Origin: Cyanobacteriota bacterium
Lineage (GTDB): Bacteria; Cyanobacteriota; Cyanobacteriia; Cyanobacteriales; Nostocaceae
DNA length: 11,406 nt
NCBI GenBank assembly: GCA_046045965.1
Contig: JBJOKS010000064.1
Coordinates: 1-11,406, forward strand
Direction: 5' to 3'
The position numbers and the translations under genes were made by a program. The first letter of the stretch is position 1, and each line of letters starts with the position of its first letter. The notes under the pieces were generated by a model. It had not been told where the DNA came from. It was given only the letters and a program-made list of their open reading frames with translations, and did not search any database. This document shows positions 1 to 9,715 of this stretch, one piece after another.

Positions 1-99
1 CACCCTTGTTGTGAGCTGGCTTTTTGATAGAATGCCATAGGCATTTATGACACTGTATCTAAATTATCTGTAGATCCAAAAATCCAACAAACAGAACTG

Positions 100-1110
100 G
101 TGAAAATCATGTATAATTACAAGCCACCTTTGAATAAAATCATGCGGGTGGGTTTAGTTGGTACTGGGTATGCGGCAAAACTCCGGGCTGAGGCATTGCG
201 CCAAGATTCACGCACACATTTAGTAGCCATCGCTGGACATACTCCTGAAAAGACCGCAGCTTTTGCTCAAGAATATCAAACGGAGGTGATGAATTCTTGG
301 CAACAGTTAGTAGAAAGGGAAGATTTAGATTTAGTTGTCATCTCCACGATTAATCAAGATCATGGTAAAATAACTCATGGGTCCCTGACTAACGACAAAC
401 ACGTAATTGTTGAGTATCCCCTGTCTGTGGATGTCAAGGAAGCAGAAAAACTGATCGCTTTAGCCAAAGCAAAAAATAAACTCCTGCACGTTGAACATAT
501 TGAACTGTTAGGCGGCTGGCATCAAGCTTTAAAACAAAATTTAGCCCAACTGGGTGACTTGTTTTATGTCCGCTACAGTACCGTTAAACCCGAACATCCC
601 GCCCCCCGCAAGTGGACTTATCACCATGAGCGTTTCGGCTTTCCCTTAGTTGGTGCGCTATCCCGCTTACATCGCCTGACTGATGTGTTTGGTGAAGTTT
701 TCACTGTCAATTGTCATCAGCGATATTGGGAAACAGAGACAAATTATTATCAAGGCTGTCTGTGTATGGCGCAATTATGCTTTACCAGTGGTTTGTTAGC
801 TCAAGTTATTTATGGTAAAGGTGAAACTCTGTGGCAGTCAGAACGGAAGTTGGAAATTAACGGCGAAAATGGGGGTTTAATTCTGGATGGTGACACAGGC
901 ATTTTAGTACAGGCAGAGGAAACAAAGTTGATTGATTTGGGTACTCGTCGGGGATTATTTGCTAAAGATACAACAATGGTGTTAGATCATTTTTTTGATG
1001 GCACTCCCTTGTATGTCACCCCGGAAGCCAGCTTGTATACCTTGAAGGTCGCAGATGCAGCACGCAGGGCAGCAGAAACAGGTATAACTATATTTTTAAC
1101 AAAAGAGTAG
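100..1110 (+). CDS. bvdR: Biliverdin reductase (Gfo/Idh/MocA-family oxidoreductase)
   Basis: Rossmann motif VGLVGTG; KHVIVEYP where generic Gfo/Idh/MocA enzymes have EKP; LLHVEHIELLGG and WTYHHERFGFPLVGALSR blocks that I recognise from cyanobacterial BvdR. The true start may be the ATG at 109 or 142 rather than the GTG at 100. Confidence 0.88.
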   Translation: MKIMYNYKPPLNKIMRVGLVGTGYAAKLRAEALRQDSRTHLVAIAGHTPEKTAAFAQEYQTEVMNSWQQLVEREDLDLVVISTINQDHGKITHGSLTNDKHVIVEYPLSVDVKEAEKLIALAKAKNKLLHVEHIELLGGWHQALKQNLAQLGDLFYVRYSTVKPEHPAPRKWTYHHERFGFPLVGALSRLHRLTDVFGEVFTVNCHQRYWETETNYYQGCLCMAQLCFTSGLLAQVIYGKGETLWQSERKLEINGENGGLILDGDTGILVQAEETKLIDLGTRRGLFAKDTTMVLDHFFDGTPLYVTPEASLYTLKVADAARRAAETGITIFLTKE

Positions 1111-1112
1111 TA

Positions 1113-1877
1113 ATGAAAACCGAAACAATAGTTATTTTATCCCAGCGAGAAATAGAAAAAATGCGAGTTGCTGGACGTTTAGCAGCTAAGTTGTTACAAC
1201 ATCTAGAACCTTTGGTAAAACCAGGTGTGAGTACCCAGCAACTCAATGATGAAGCGGAACGATGGACAAAAGCGCACGGAGCCAAAAGCGCACCTCTAGG
1301 CTATAAAGGTTATCCTAAGTCAATTTGTACCAGTGTGAATGAGGTAATATGTCATGGTATACCCAATCCTAGACAAATTCTCAAACAAGGCGACATTATA
1401 AATATTGATGTGACACCCATTGTTGATGGTTATCACGGTGATACATCCAAGACATTTATCGTTGGTGATGCTCAACCCAAAACCCAAAAATTGGTAGAAG
1501 TGACAGAAAAATGTCTGTACTTAGGTATTGCTGAGGTAAAACCAGGAGCGAAAATTGGCGATATTGGCGCTGCTATTCAAGAGTATGCCGAGTCTCAGGG
1601 TTTTTCAGTGGTGCGGGAGTTTGTGGGGCATGGCATTAGTAATATTTTTCACACTGCACCAGATATTCCCCACTATGGGACTAGGGGGAAAGGTAAGCGG
1701 TTAAGACCGGGTATGGTATTTACTATAGAGCCAATGATTAATGAGGGAACTCATGAAGCAGAGATGTTGAGTGATGGTTGGACTGCGGTAACGAGCGATC
1801 GCAAACTTTCCGCCCAGTTTGAGCATACCATTGCTGTAACCGAAGATGGAGTTGAGATTCTCACTTTACCTGAATAG
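1113..1877 (+). CDS. map: Type I methionine aminopeptidase
   Basis: SICTSVNEVICHGIP, NIDVT, GYHGDTS, GHGI, FTIEPMIN and SAQFEHT metal-ligand motifs. Separated from the bvdR stop by 2 nt, so probably co-transcribed. Confidence 0.97.
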   Translation: MKTETIVILSQREIEKMRVAGRLAAKLLQHLEPLVKPGVSTQQLNDEAERWTKAHGAKSAPLGYKGYPKSICTSVNEVICHGIPNPRQILKQGDIINIDVTPIVDGYHGDTSKTFIVGDAQPKTQKLVEVTEKCLYLGIAEVKPGAKIGDIGAAIQEYAESQGFSVVREFVGHGISNIFHTAPDIPHYGTRGKGKRLRPGMVFTIEPMINEGTHEAEMLSDGWTAVTSDRKLSAQFEHTIAVTEDGVEILTLPE

Positions 1878-1884
1878 TGAAAAA

Positions 1885-2079
1885 CTAATCTGAAATTACA
1901 TCTCCAACGCTAAAAGTTTTCCCGGTTACTGTTACTGTGTCAGTTTCTATTAATTTCCGTCCCCGTCGGGTTTCAACTGTACCATTGACTTTAACATTAC
2001 CATCAATAATCATCAGTTTGGCTTGGCCTCCAGTTGAAGCTATACCTAACAACTTTAAAAACTGGTCGAGTTTAATCAT
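1885..2079 (-). CDS. Small S4-domain RNA-binding protein (YaaA/YbcJ-like)
   Basis: IKLDQFLK...TGGQAK...VKVNG..ETRRGRKL is the S4_2 family signature; 64 aa. Confidence 0.93.
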   Translation of the reverse strand: MIKLDQFLKLLGIASTGGQAKLMIIDGNVKVNGTVETRRGRKLIETDTVTVTGKTFSVGDVISD

Positions 2080-2121
2080 TTTATATCATGTTAGTTTGAA
2101 TAGTTATCATATCTGTTTGGC

Positions 2122-2154
2122 TGGTAATTGCTAATTGGTAATTGCTAATTGGTA
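2122..2154. repeat. STRR-like heptamer tandem repeat (G[G/C]TAATT) x about 4.5
   Basis: GGTAATT GCTAATT GGTAATT GCTAATT GGTA at 2123-2154, intergenic. Heptamer tandem repeats are typical of filamentous heterocystous cyanobacteria. Confidence 0.85.
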
Positions 2155-2242
2155 GACAAAAATCATTTAGCAGCAGCCAGCCATAAGCTTATTATAAGGA
2201 ATTAGGCAAATATGATACCAGCAATGTTCTCAAAGTTTTTGA

Positions 2243-3193
2243 TCAGTGAGAAATGTGTAAAACTGCTTTACCAGGAAAGCGTCTATCAATCAATTGTTGC
2301 GCTACATCAGCAACTTCTGTCCAAGGAGCTTCTATATCAATATGAGGACGCAACTGACCAGATTCTACCAGATCAACTAACCATTTTAAACCCACAGATG
2401 CCGATTCTTGTTTGAGTTCGTGGAAGACAATCAGACCGTATATACTCGCACCACCAAGGGCATAAAGATTACCTGCATTGAATGTTACTTCTCGTCCTGC
2501 GGTAGTTCCAAACACCACAGCCTTACCATCAGTACCTAAGAAACCCAAAGCTTTACCTAGAACATCACCACCCACAGAGTCTACTATTAAATGATATGGT
2601 CCGTATTGTTGAGCAGGGGATATATCTTCACCGATAACAATGTGATGCGCTCCTGCTGCTTGGACCACATCTTGATATTTAGAACTACGTAAATGTGCTG
2701 TAACCTTTGCACCACTTAACCGTGCTAGTTGGATGGCAAAGTTACCAACGCCACCGGATGCACCTGTTATTAATACTGAGCGGTTAAGGAGAAAACCACC
2801 TTTTTTCAGGATATGATAGGCAGTTAAACCAGCTACGGGGAGAGTGGCAGCTTGAGCAAAAGATACAAAGTGCGGTAGTTCTGCTAGAGCGTTTGTAGGT
2901 ACGGATACCAGTTCTCCCCAAGCACCGGAGGGCAGAAAACCGACAACCCGCGTTCCTTGTGCCGGTCCAGAACCGTCTGCGGCGGGAGTTTCTACAGTAC
3001 CAGCTAAGTCCCAACCAGGCCGCCAACCAGCTTGGGCTGTAGAAGCGCGTCTGAGTTCGCCGCGATTGAGAGAAATTGCTGCAACTCTGATTATTGCTTC
3101 ATTTGCGGCTGGTGTGGGTGCTGTAACTTCCTTTAATGCTAAACGTCCTGGTACATTAGGATCAACTACGACTGCGCGAATTTTGTTGTTCAT
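2243..3193 (-). CDS. MDR-superfamily (zinc-binding dehydrogenase / quinone oxidoreductase-like) NAD(P)H oxidoreductase
   Basis: GroES-like N-terminus (IRVAAISLNRGE, PGWDLAGTV), AATLPVAGLTAY, VLITGASGGVG nucleotide-binding motif, C-terminal GKAVL. The protein has no cysteines, so it is probably of the zinc-independent QOR type. Confidence 0.9.
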   Translation of the reverse strand: MNNKIRAVVVDPNVPGRLALKEVTAPTPAANEAIIRVAAISLNRGELRRASTAQAGWRPGWDLAGTVETPAADGSGPAQGTRVVGFLPSGAWGELVSVPTNALAELPHFVSFAQAATLPVAGLTAYHILKKGGFLLNRSVLITGASGGVGNFAIQLARLSGAKVTAHLRSSKYQDVVQAAGAHHIVIGEDISPAQQYGPYHLIVDSVGGDVLGKALGFLGTDGKAVVFGTTAGREVTFNAGNLYALGGASIYGLIVFHELKQESASVGLKWLVDLVESGQLRPHIDIEAPWTEVADVAQQLIDRRFPGKAVLHISH

Positions 3194-3306
3194 ATTTCAG
3201 ATGTCCTGGTTTAAGTTGAAAATTTGTTTTCCTTTGGTTTATACTACAATGACTCTAGCAGAATCAATTTATGATTATAAGCAAATTAAGTAGGTGATAT
3301 AAACTA

Positions 3307-4644
3307 ATGCACATTCAAAAAGTGATAATTAAAAATTTTCGATGCTTTAATAATTTGGAAGTTAATTTAGATCCTGATATTAATATTTTTGTTGGCAATA
3401 ATGGCTCTGGTAAAAGTGCTTTGTTAGATGCTTTGGCTGCGGCAATGTATCCTTATGTGGCTGAGATTCAAAGAATTGTAGATAATGAACAAGAAGTATC
3501 TCCTGTTGTACAAAAAGATTTACCAGTTAAGCAAGATGATACTGAACAAAGGAATCATCCAGAATTCACTGTATTAACTACTGATTTACCAGATTGGAGG
3601 TTTGTTTATAAAAATCCTCCTAAAAATAATAATAGTTCTTTGAAAAAACCGAAAAAACAAACACGAGAAGCATTACAACAAGGAACTCAAAATCTTAATT
3701 TTGATTTATTAAATAAATTTGATCCATTTGATCCATTCCAGCGTCAAAAAACATCTGAAATTCCTGTTATAGCTTATTATCAAGGGAATCGTAACTTAAA
3801 TAATATTCCCGATATTGAAAATATTTCTGATCAATCATTCGATAGATTTGATTCATTTAAAAATGCTTTTCATGCAACAGCTAATTTTACGGATGTAGCT
3901 ACATGGTTTTTTGTACGTGAGTATGAAGAATTAAGACAAGGAAAAAATCGCCGAGATATTAATTTTGAACTTCCCGATTTAAAGCAAATACGCAAAGCTA
4001 TTTCTACTATTATCTCTCCCAATGCTCGCGTTTATTTTTCCGGAGCGACATCAGCAAAATTAATGGTTGAATGGGAAATGGAAACAGGAGAAAAACGAGA
4101 ACTTTTCCTAAGTCAACTAAGTGCGGGTTATCGCAATATGTTAGCCTTAGTGATGGACTTTGCACGGCGTTTAGCACAAGCAAACCCAGACATGGAAAAC
4201 CCGTTAGCAGCAGAAGCAATTTTGATGATTGATGAGTTAGATTTGCATTTACATCCAACTTGGCAACAAAGAATTATTCCTGATTTAAAAAAGGTATTTC
4301 CTAATACTCAAATTATTGCCACTACTCACAGTCCTGAAGTTGTGACAACCGTGAAACAAAATCAGGTGTGGATATTAGAAGATTATCAAATAAAACCATG
4401 TCCTGAACCTACCAAGGGGAGGAAAAGTTCAGATATTGTGAGAAATGTTTTAGGGTTGAGTGAATTAAGACCAGATACAGAAGAATCAAAAACATTAACA
4501 AAGTTGTTTGAAGCCATTGATAATGGTCAATTAGAAGAAGCAAAACGCCTCAAAAAAGAATTACAAGATTGGGAATCTTTTGATCCAGATATGACTAGAG
4601 CAGATATGCAAATCCGTCGATTAGAACGGAGGAATGCAGTGTGA
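3307..4644 (+). CDS. ABC/AAA_21-type ATPase, PtuA-like (Septu / retron type I-A effector ATPase)
   Basis: N-terminal IKNFRCF, Walker A GNNGSGKS, signature LSAGY, Walker B/D-loop ILMIDELDLHLHPTWQ, H-loop IATTHSP. SD-like AGGTG at 3292-3296. Its stop overlaps the HNH gene start. Confidence 0.88.
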   Translation: MHIQKVIIKNFRCFNNLEVNLDPDINIFVGNNGSGKSALLDALAAAMYPYVAEIQRIVDNEQEVSPVVQKDLPVKQDDTEQRNHPEFTVLTTDLPDWRFVYKNPPKNNNSSLKKPKKQTREALQQGTQNLNFDLLNKFDPFDPFQRQKTSEIPVIAYYQGNRNLNNIPDIENISDQSFDRFDSFKNAFHATANFTDVATWFFVREYEELRQGKNRRDINFELPDLKQIRKAISTIISPNARVYFSGATSAKLMVEWEMETGEKRELFLSQLSAGYRNMLALVMDFARRLAQANPDMENPLAAEAILMIDELDLHLHPTWQQRIIPDLKKVFPNTQIIATTHSPEVVTTVKQNQVWILEDYQIKPCPEPTKGRKSSDIVRNVLGLSELRPDTEESKTLTKLFEAIDNGQLEEAKRLKKELQDWESFDPDMTRADMQIRRLERRNAV

Positions 4645-5378
4645 AAAATGTGCGTAAATCCCCAGAACCAGAGGAACTTAAAAATTACAAGAAGCGATAT
4701 TCTTCTCAATTTAAACGATATGCGGATTTAAAAAAGAATAGAGCTTTTGAGAAAGTTCGTGATACTTTAATTTCTGATCAAAAAGGACTGTGTGCTTATT
4801 GTGAAATGGAAATACATGAAAAAAATCGTTCTGTTGATCACTTTATTCCTCGTAAACAATCAACAAAAGAAAATAATCATGATTTAGATTGGCAAAATAT
4901 GTTAGGTATTTGTTGTCCTCCAGGTGGAGTAGAAGATGAGCATGAGAAAAATTCAAAATTACTCAAGTATTCCCTTTGTTGTGGACAGAAGAAAGGTGGT
5001 GTTAATGATAGTAAATTATTAAATCCTCTGAATTTACCCATACCAAGGTTATTCAAATTCAGTAGTGAAGATGGTGAAATCAGACCTGATGAAATTGCTT
5101 GTTTAAAGTCTGGTATTCCTGTTGAAAATGTCGAGTTTACTATTGAGCAGCTTGGGTTAAATGTTCCCAGATTGAAAGAGCAAAGATGGGTAGTAATTGA
5201 TGAGATAAATAAAGAACTTGATGATGAGACTATTGATATCAATGATTTAGAAGAAAAATTAGCAGCAGAACATTTTGGTGATGGTACAAAAAACTGGCCT
5301 CCATTTTTTACAACTATGCGCTGGGTTTTGGGTGTAGGTGCAGAAAAACACCTAAACAATATTTCCTATTCTGGTTGA
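4641..5378 (+). CDS. HNH endonuclease, PtuB-like (TIGR02646 / retron-system putative HNH type)
   Basis: DQKGLCAYCE (CxxC), SVDHFIPR, LDWQNMLGIC, CGQKKG, LLNP and TIEQLGLNVPRL motifs. GTGA start/stop overlap with the ATPase gene indicates translational coupling. Confidence 0.88.
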   Translation: MKNVRKSPEPEELKNYKKRYSSQFKRYADLKKNRAFEKVRDTLISDQKGLCAYCEMEIHEKNRSVDHFIPRKQSTKENNHDLDWQNMLGICCPPGGVEDEHEKNSKLLKYSLCCGQKKGGVNDSKLLNPLNLPIPRLFKFSSEDGEIRPDEIACLKSGIPVENVEFTIEQLGLNVPRLKEQRWVVIDEINKELDDETIDINDLEEKLAAEHFGDGTKNWPPFFTTMRWVLGVGAEKHLNNISYSG

Positions 5379-5465
5379 TGCACATAAATAGACAATCTCG
5401 CTAACATTAATGACTCTATATATGATATTAAATAAACAATTGACAAAACTGATCAAAAAAATCCT

Positions 5466-5858
5466 ATGACTAACCTGATCGAATACGAAGACGCTAACGA
5501 AGAAGTACGTGCAGTATATGACGATATCCGCGCTACACGCCAAACTGAATATATCAATAATTTTTGGAAAGCTTTAGCTAGTCATCCTCCGACTCTGCGA
5601 CGCACTTGGGAAAGTCTCAAGGAAATAATGGCGGGTCCTGGGGAAATCGATCCATTAACGCGAGAATTAATTTACATTGCTGTGAGTGTGACAAATAACT
5701 GTGAATATTGCATTGCTTCCCATAGTACAGCAGCCAAAAATAAGGGTATGAATAATCAAATGTTTGGGGAATTGATGGCTATTGTTGGGGCTGCAAATAT
5801 GACAAATAGGTTTGCTAATGGTTATCAAATTCCTGTGGATGAAATATTTAAGCAGTAG
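5466..5858 (+). CDS. Carboxymuconolactone decarboxylase / AhpD-like alkylhydroperoxidase family protein
   Basis: RELIYIAVSVTNNCEYCIASH contains the ExxxxxxSxxNxCxxCxxxH AhpD core. Confidence 0.92.
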   Translation: MTNLIEYEDANEEVRAVYDDIRATRQTEYINNFWKALASHPPTLRRTWESLKEIMAGPGEIDPLTRELIYIAVSVTNNCEYCIASHSTAAKNKGMNNQMFGELMAIVGAANMTNRFANGYQIPVDEIFKQ

Positions 5859-5886
5859 TTCAGTCAGTGAACATAATTAAACCTAT

Positions 5887-7239
5887 TCATCGTCCCAATT
5901 TATTAGGAATACCTTCACAACCACCGGGAATGGTAGCTCTGGTTTTTTCCCCACACCAAGCGCAGCAGTATTGACGGGTTGATTCTGACATTCTTGCTAC
6001 ATTGGTAAAATCAGCGTTTTCCACAACTGCGCCAGTGTGTTCTCCGGTTTGGTAGTCAGGTGGTACGGTGCGACTGCGGGGTGAGGCTTTTTCTAAGGAA
6101 CCGTAAAATAAACGTACTCCGTTTAAATCGGCATTGCTGAGATTAGCATCATATAAGATGGTGCGGGAAAGGTTGGCTTTGACTAAATCACAACCACTGA
6201 GATTAGCACGCACGAGATTGGCTTCACTTAAATCAGTCCAACGTAAATCTGTGTTAGAGAGGTCTGCACCTGCTAACATTACGCCTAAGTCGATGACGCG
6301 CACGCCTTCTAATCGGTCTTCTGCGTAACCACCTATACCGTCGAGAATGGCTCTACCTAAACGGCGATCGCGTTTTAATGGTGTCAATAGTTTGGAACGG
6401 GAAAGAAAGCGGAGAATTTTGGCTTTTCCACTGCCATCAACACTACTAAAAATAGCAGCAGTTCGTCCTTCTGCGATCGCTCTTTCTTGTGGCCAGTCTT
6501 CTAATAATCCTTCTTCATCTAATACTAAATCAGAAACACCTTGAAAATAAGAATCTATGGTTTGTTGCTGAGTAATAATATTTTGCTGGACTGTGAGTAG
6601 GTTTTGTTGAATGGTTAAATCTTTAGAAATCACATATTGTCGCCAAGCCACATAAACGGCGATGATAGCTATCAAAATTTGCCCTAAAGCACCAAACCAT
6701 TCAGCTAAAGTTCCCGAAGCTTCCCAGTTAACTTTTTTTCCCCAACGCAGAAGTCCATCACCCACACCAGTAAATCTGAAAAAGCCAATAATGCCTACTA
6801 TTAACCCAATAAAAGCTAATAAAAATGTTCTATCTTGGGGCGAAAACCATTCTTTGATGGCATTTTGTAACCAGGGGAAAAGCATGGCTATAGATAAACC
6901 CAAAGATGCTATGGTTCCCAAAATACCCAGGAAAGAGTTATTAATGAAAATAGCAATAAAAGTCAGAGCGATCGCTAATAATGTAAAAATTAAGGCTCTA
7001 GGTTTAACTGATAACTGATTGTTAGAATGTTCTTTAAAGCTAGATGTAGCTCGTTTGAGGGCATTTGTATGTTGGGGAGATTGTAAAGCAGAAATTGCTG
7101 CTAAAGCTTGTTTTGCTGCTAAACCTTCTGCTGTGAGTACATGATCACTTGCACCAGCATCAAAATCATCTGGTTGTAAATCGTGATCTAGGTTTGGTTC
7201 TGGACTTGGTGAATGAGAGGAATGAGATTCAATCGTCAT
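5887..7239 (-). CDS. Membrane protein with C-terminal pentapeptide repeats (conserved cyanobacterial family)
   Basis: About four hydrophobic segments, then A(D/N)LXX repeats (ADLSN TDLRW TDLSE ANLVR ANLSG CDLVK ANLSR TILYD ANLSN ADLNG). The ATG at 7239 (MTIESH) is preferred over the ORF-track start at 7338. Confidence 0.88.
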   Translation of the reverse strand: MTIESHSSHSPSPEPNLDHDLQPDDFDAGASDHVLTAEGLAAKQALAAISALQSPQHTNALKRATSSFKEHSNNQLSVKPRALIFTLLAIALTFIAIFINNSFLGILGTIASLGLSIAMLFPWLQNAIKEWFSPQDRTFLLAFIGLIVGIIGFFRFTGVGDGLLRWGKKVNWEASGTLAEWFGALGQILIAIIAVYVAWRQYVISKDLTIQQNLLTVQQNIITQQQTIDSYFQGVSDLVLDEEGLLEDWPQERAIAEGRTAAIFSSVDGSGKAKILRFLSRSKLLTPLKRDRRLGRAILDGIGGYAEDRLEGVRVIDLGVMLAGADLSNTDLRWTDLSEANLVRANLSGCDLVKANLSRTILYDANLSNADLNGVRLFYGSLEKASPRSRTVPPDYQTGEHTGAVVENADFTNVARMSESTRQYCCAWCGEKTRATIPGGCEGIPNKLGR

Positions 7240-7352
7240 GTTTTCTATTTTCTCATACTTATATAAGTTTAGAATTGAAATTTTAGATTTTTGAAACTTC
7301 AAAATACAAAATCTAGGATAACCTTTTACCTGTGTCACCTGCTATATTAACA

Positions 7353-7396
7353 AGTCAGGAGTAAGTTGCACTTCTGCTGACTTTTAACTCCTGACT
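7353..7396 (-). terminator. Inverted-repeat hairpin downstream of por (possible terminator or 3' stabilising stem-loop)
   Basis: AGTCAGGAGT (7353-7362) and ACTCCTGACT (7387-7396) form perfect 10-bp arms with a 24-nt loop, about 46 nt past the por stop. No strong U-tract. Confidence 0.4.
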
Positions 7397-7442
7397 ATTC
7401 CATCGTAAATTTATTTTTTATGGAAACGGAAACAAGAATTTT

Positions 7443-8423
<981 letters not shown>

Positions 8424-8708
8424 TTAATTGTAGTTGAGTTTCTATATGATCTCACACCATGTTCACCCATGATCAAGGCTATAACCGACCAGACCCAAAC
8501 AGGGAAATCTTCACCGGGAATAGGTAATAATTCTTCCCCAGCTACATCAGATGAATATGTATGCAGCAAACTTTCTGTCAATTGGGCATTTTAAATTAGG
8601 TATTAGCGATCAGCCAGAAATTACTGATTATTCTCAATTTCACATCAGGTTGAGAATGCAGTGACAGTCAGGCTCACAGATGACCTAGAAGCATATTGTG
8701 TAAATTAA

Positions 8709-8738
8709 TTGTCTAATTATACCTGAACATGATATAAT
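8709..8738 (+). promoter_or_regulatory. Putative sigma70-type promoter for the TPR gene
   Basis: TTGTCT (8709-8714) - 18 nt - TATAAT (8733-8738), with extended -10 TG at 8730-8731. Confidence 0.5.
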
Positions 8739-8883
8739 CTCTTTGATTTAATCAAAAATTATCAAAATCTTCATTTTATCCTCAATAAAATTAAAGATAA
8801 TTGATAATAGTTTCGTTGAGTTGGATACTATTTTAAATAATCCAAAGGTTTTAATATCATATTGTGAGTTGTGTAGGTGCAAC

Positions 8884-9630
8884 ATGGTTGTTTGGCGATG
8901 CTTTATTGCCTGTGGATTTATCGGTTTTATGACAGTTGGCTGTGGTGATTTAGGAATATTATCATCAACAGAATATACTAAGAAGGTTGTGCAGGAAAAT
9001 AATGTTGCTCAACTGATAGCAGAAGTACAAGATAGCCAGAAAGCAGAAAACCTATTAAATCAAGGTAACAGTTTTTTAGATACCAATCGCTACAAAGAGG
9101 CTTTGGCTTTATATAATCAAGCGGTGGCGATTAAAAAAGACAGTGTAGAAACATGGGTAAACCGGGGAAATGCTTTATTAGCTTTGCATCGTTTTGAGGA
9201 AGCTTTGGCATCTTACGATAAAGCGATCGCAATTCGCCCCAATAAAAATGAAGCTTGGTATAATCGAGGAAATGCTTTATCAGCTTTACGTCGTTACGAG
9301 GAAGCAGTAAAATCCTACGATGAAGCGATCACTATTGATTCAGAAAAATATGAAGCCTGGATAAATAGAGGAATTGCGCTGACCAAATTGCGACGGTACA
9401 AAGAAGCTTTGGCATCTTACAACCAAGCAATTACAATTCAGCCTAATTCCCATCAGGCCTATTACAACAAAGCTTGTAATTATGCCTTGCAAAACCATCT
9501 AGAACCAGCAATTGAGAACCTGGAAAAAGCAATACAAATTCTTCCTGACAAATACAAGACATTAGCTCAAACTGACACAGATTTTGATAAAATAAGGCAG
9601 GCAAAGCAATTTAATAAATTATTACAATAG
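8884..9630 (+). CDS. Tetratricopeptide-repeat protein, probable lipoprotein
   Basis: About five 34-aa TPRs (W.NRG.AL..L.RYEEA..SY..AI). The ATG at 8884 follows an SD-like AGGTG and gives MVVWRCFIACGFIGFMTVG-C, a signal peptide with a lipobox-like end. The TTG start at 8821 is less likely. Confidence 0.88.
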   Translation: MVVWRCFIACGFIGFMTVGCGDLGILSSTEYTKKVVQENNVAQLIAEVQDSQKAENLLNQGNSFLDTNRYKEALALYNQAVAIKKDSVETWVNRGNALLALHRFEEALASYDKAIAIRPNKNEAWYNRGNALSALRRYEEAVKSYDEAITIDSEKYEAWINRGIALTKLRRYKEALASYNQAITIQPNSHQAYYNKACNYALQNHLEPAIENLEKAIQILPDKYKTLAQTDTDFDKIRQAKQFNKLLQ

Positions 9631-9715
9631 ACATGATTTATCACCAATTATATCTACATAGAGCAAACCTGTGTTATCAGGGTAGAAAAACTTTAATTGC
9701 TTCTATCTAGGAAAT

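Noticed and set aside
3194..3306. Retron msr-msd ncRNA upstream of the PtuA-like gene
   Set aside because: Only 113 nt shared by two divergent promoters, no a1/a2 inverted repeats that I can see, and no RT gene.
4877..5359. 160-aa antisense ORF, plus the other short shadow ORFs (1088, 1937, 2212, 2784, 3066, 4010, 4527, 5352, 6134, 6347, 6662, 7964)
   Set aside because: They overlap well-supported genes in antisense or alternative frames and show no recognisable motifs.
3307..5378. Absence of HIP1 in the ATPase-HNH cassette as evidence of horizontal transfer
   Set aside because: With five sites in 11.4 kb, a 2-kb gap is unremarkable; several core genes here also lack HIP1.
5440..5445. Perfect -35 TTGACA upstream of the CMD gene
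   Set aside because: A correctly spaced -10 would overlap the start codon region (CCTATG) and does not match the consensus.
7284..7315. AT-rich inverted repeat TAGATTTT...AAAATCTA upstream of the pentapeptide-repeat gene
   Set aside because: Low complexity, probably a degenerate STRR-type remnant; too weak to assign a function.
9080..9480. DNA-level repeats such as AGCTTTGGCATCTTAC at 204-nt spacing
   Set aside because: Explained by the 34-aa TPR periodicity of the encoded protein.
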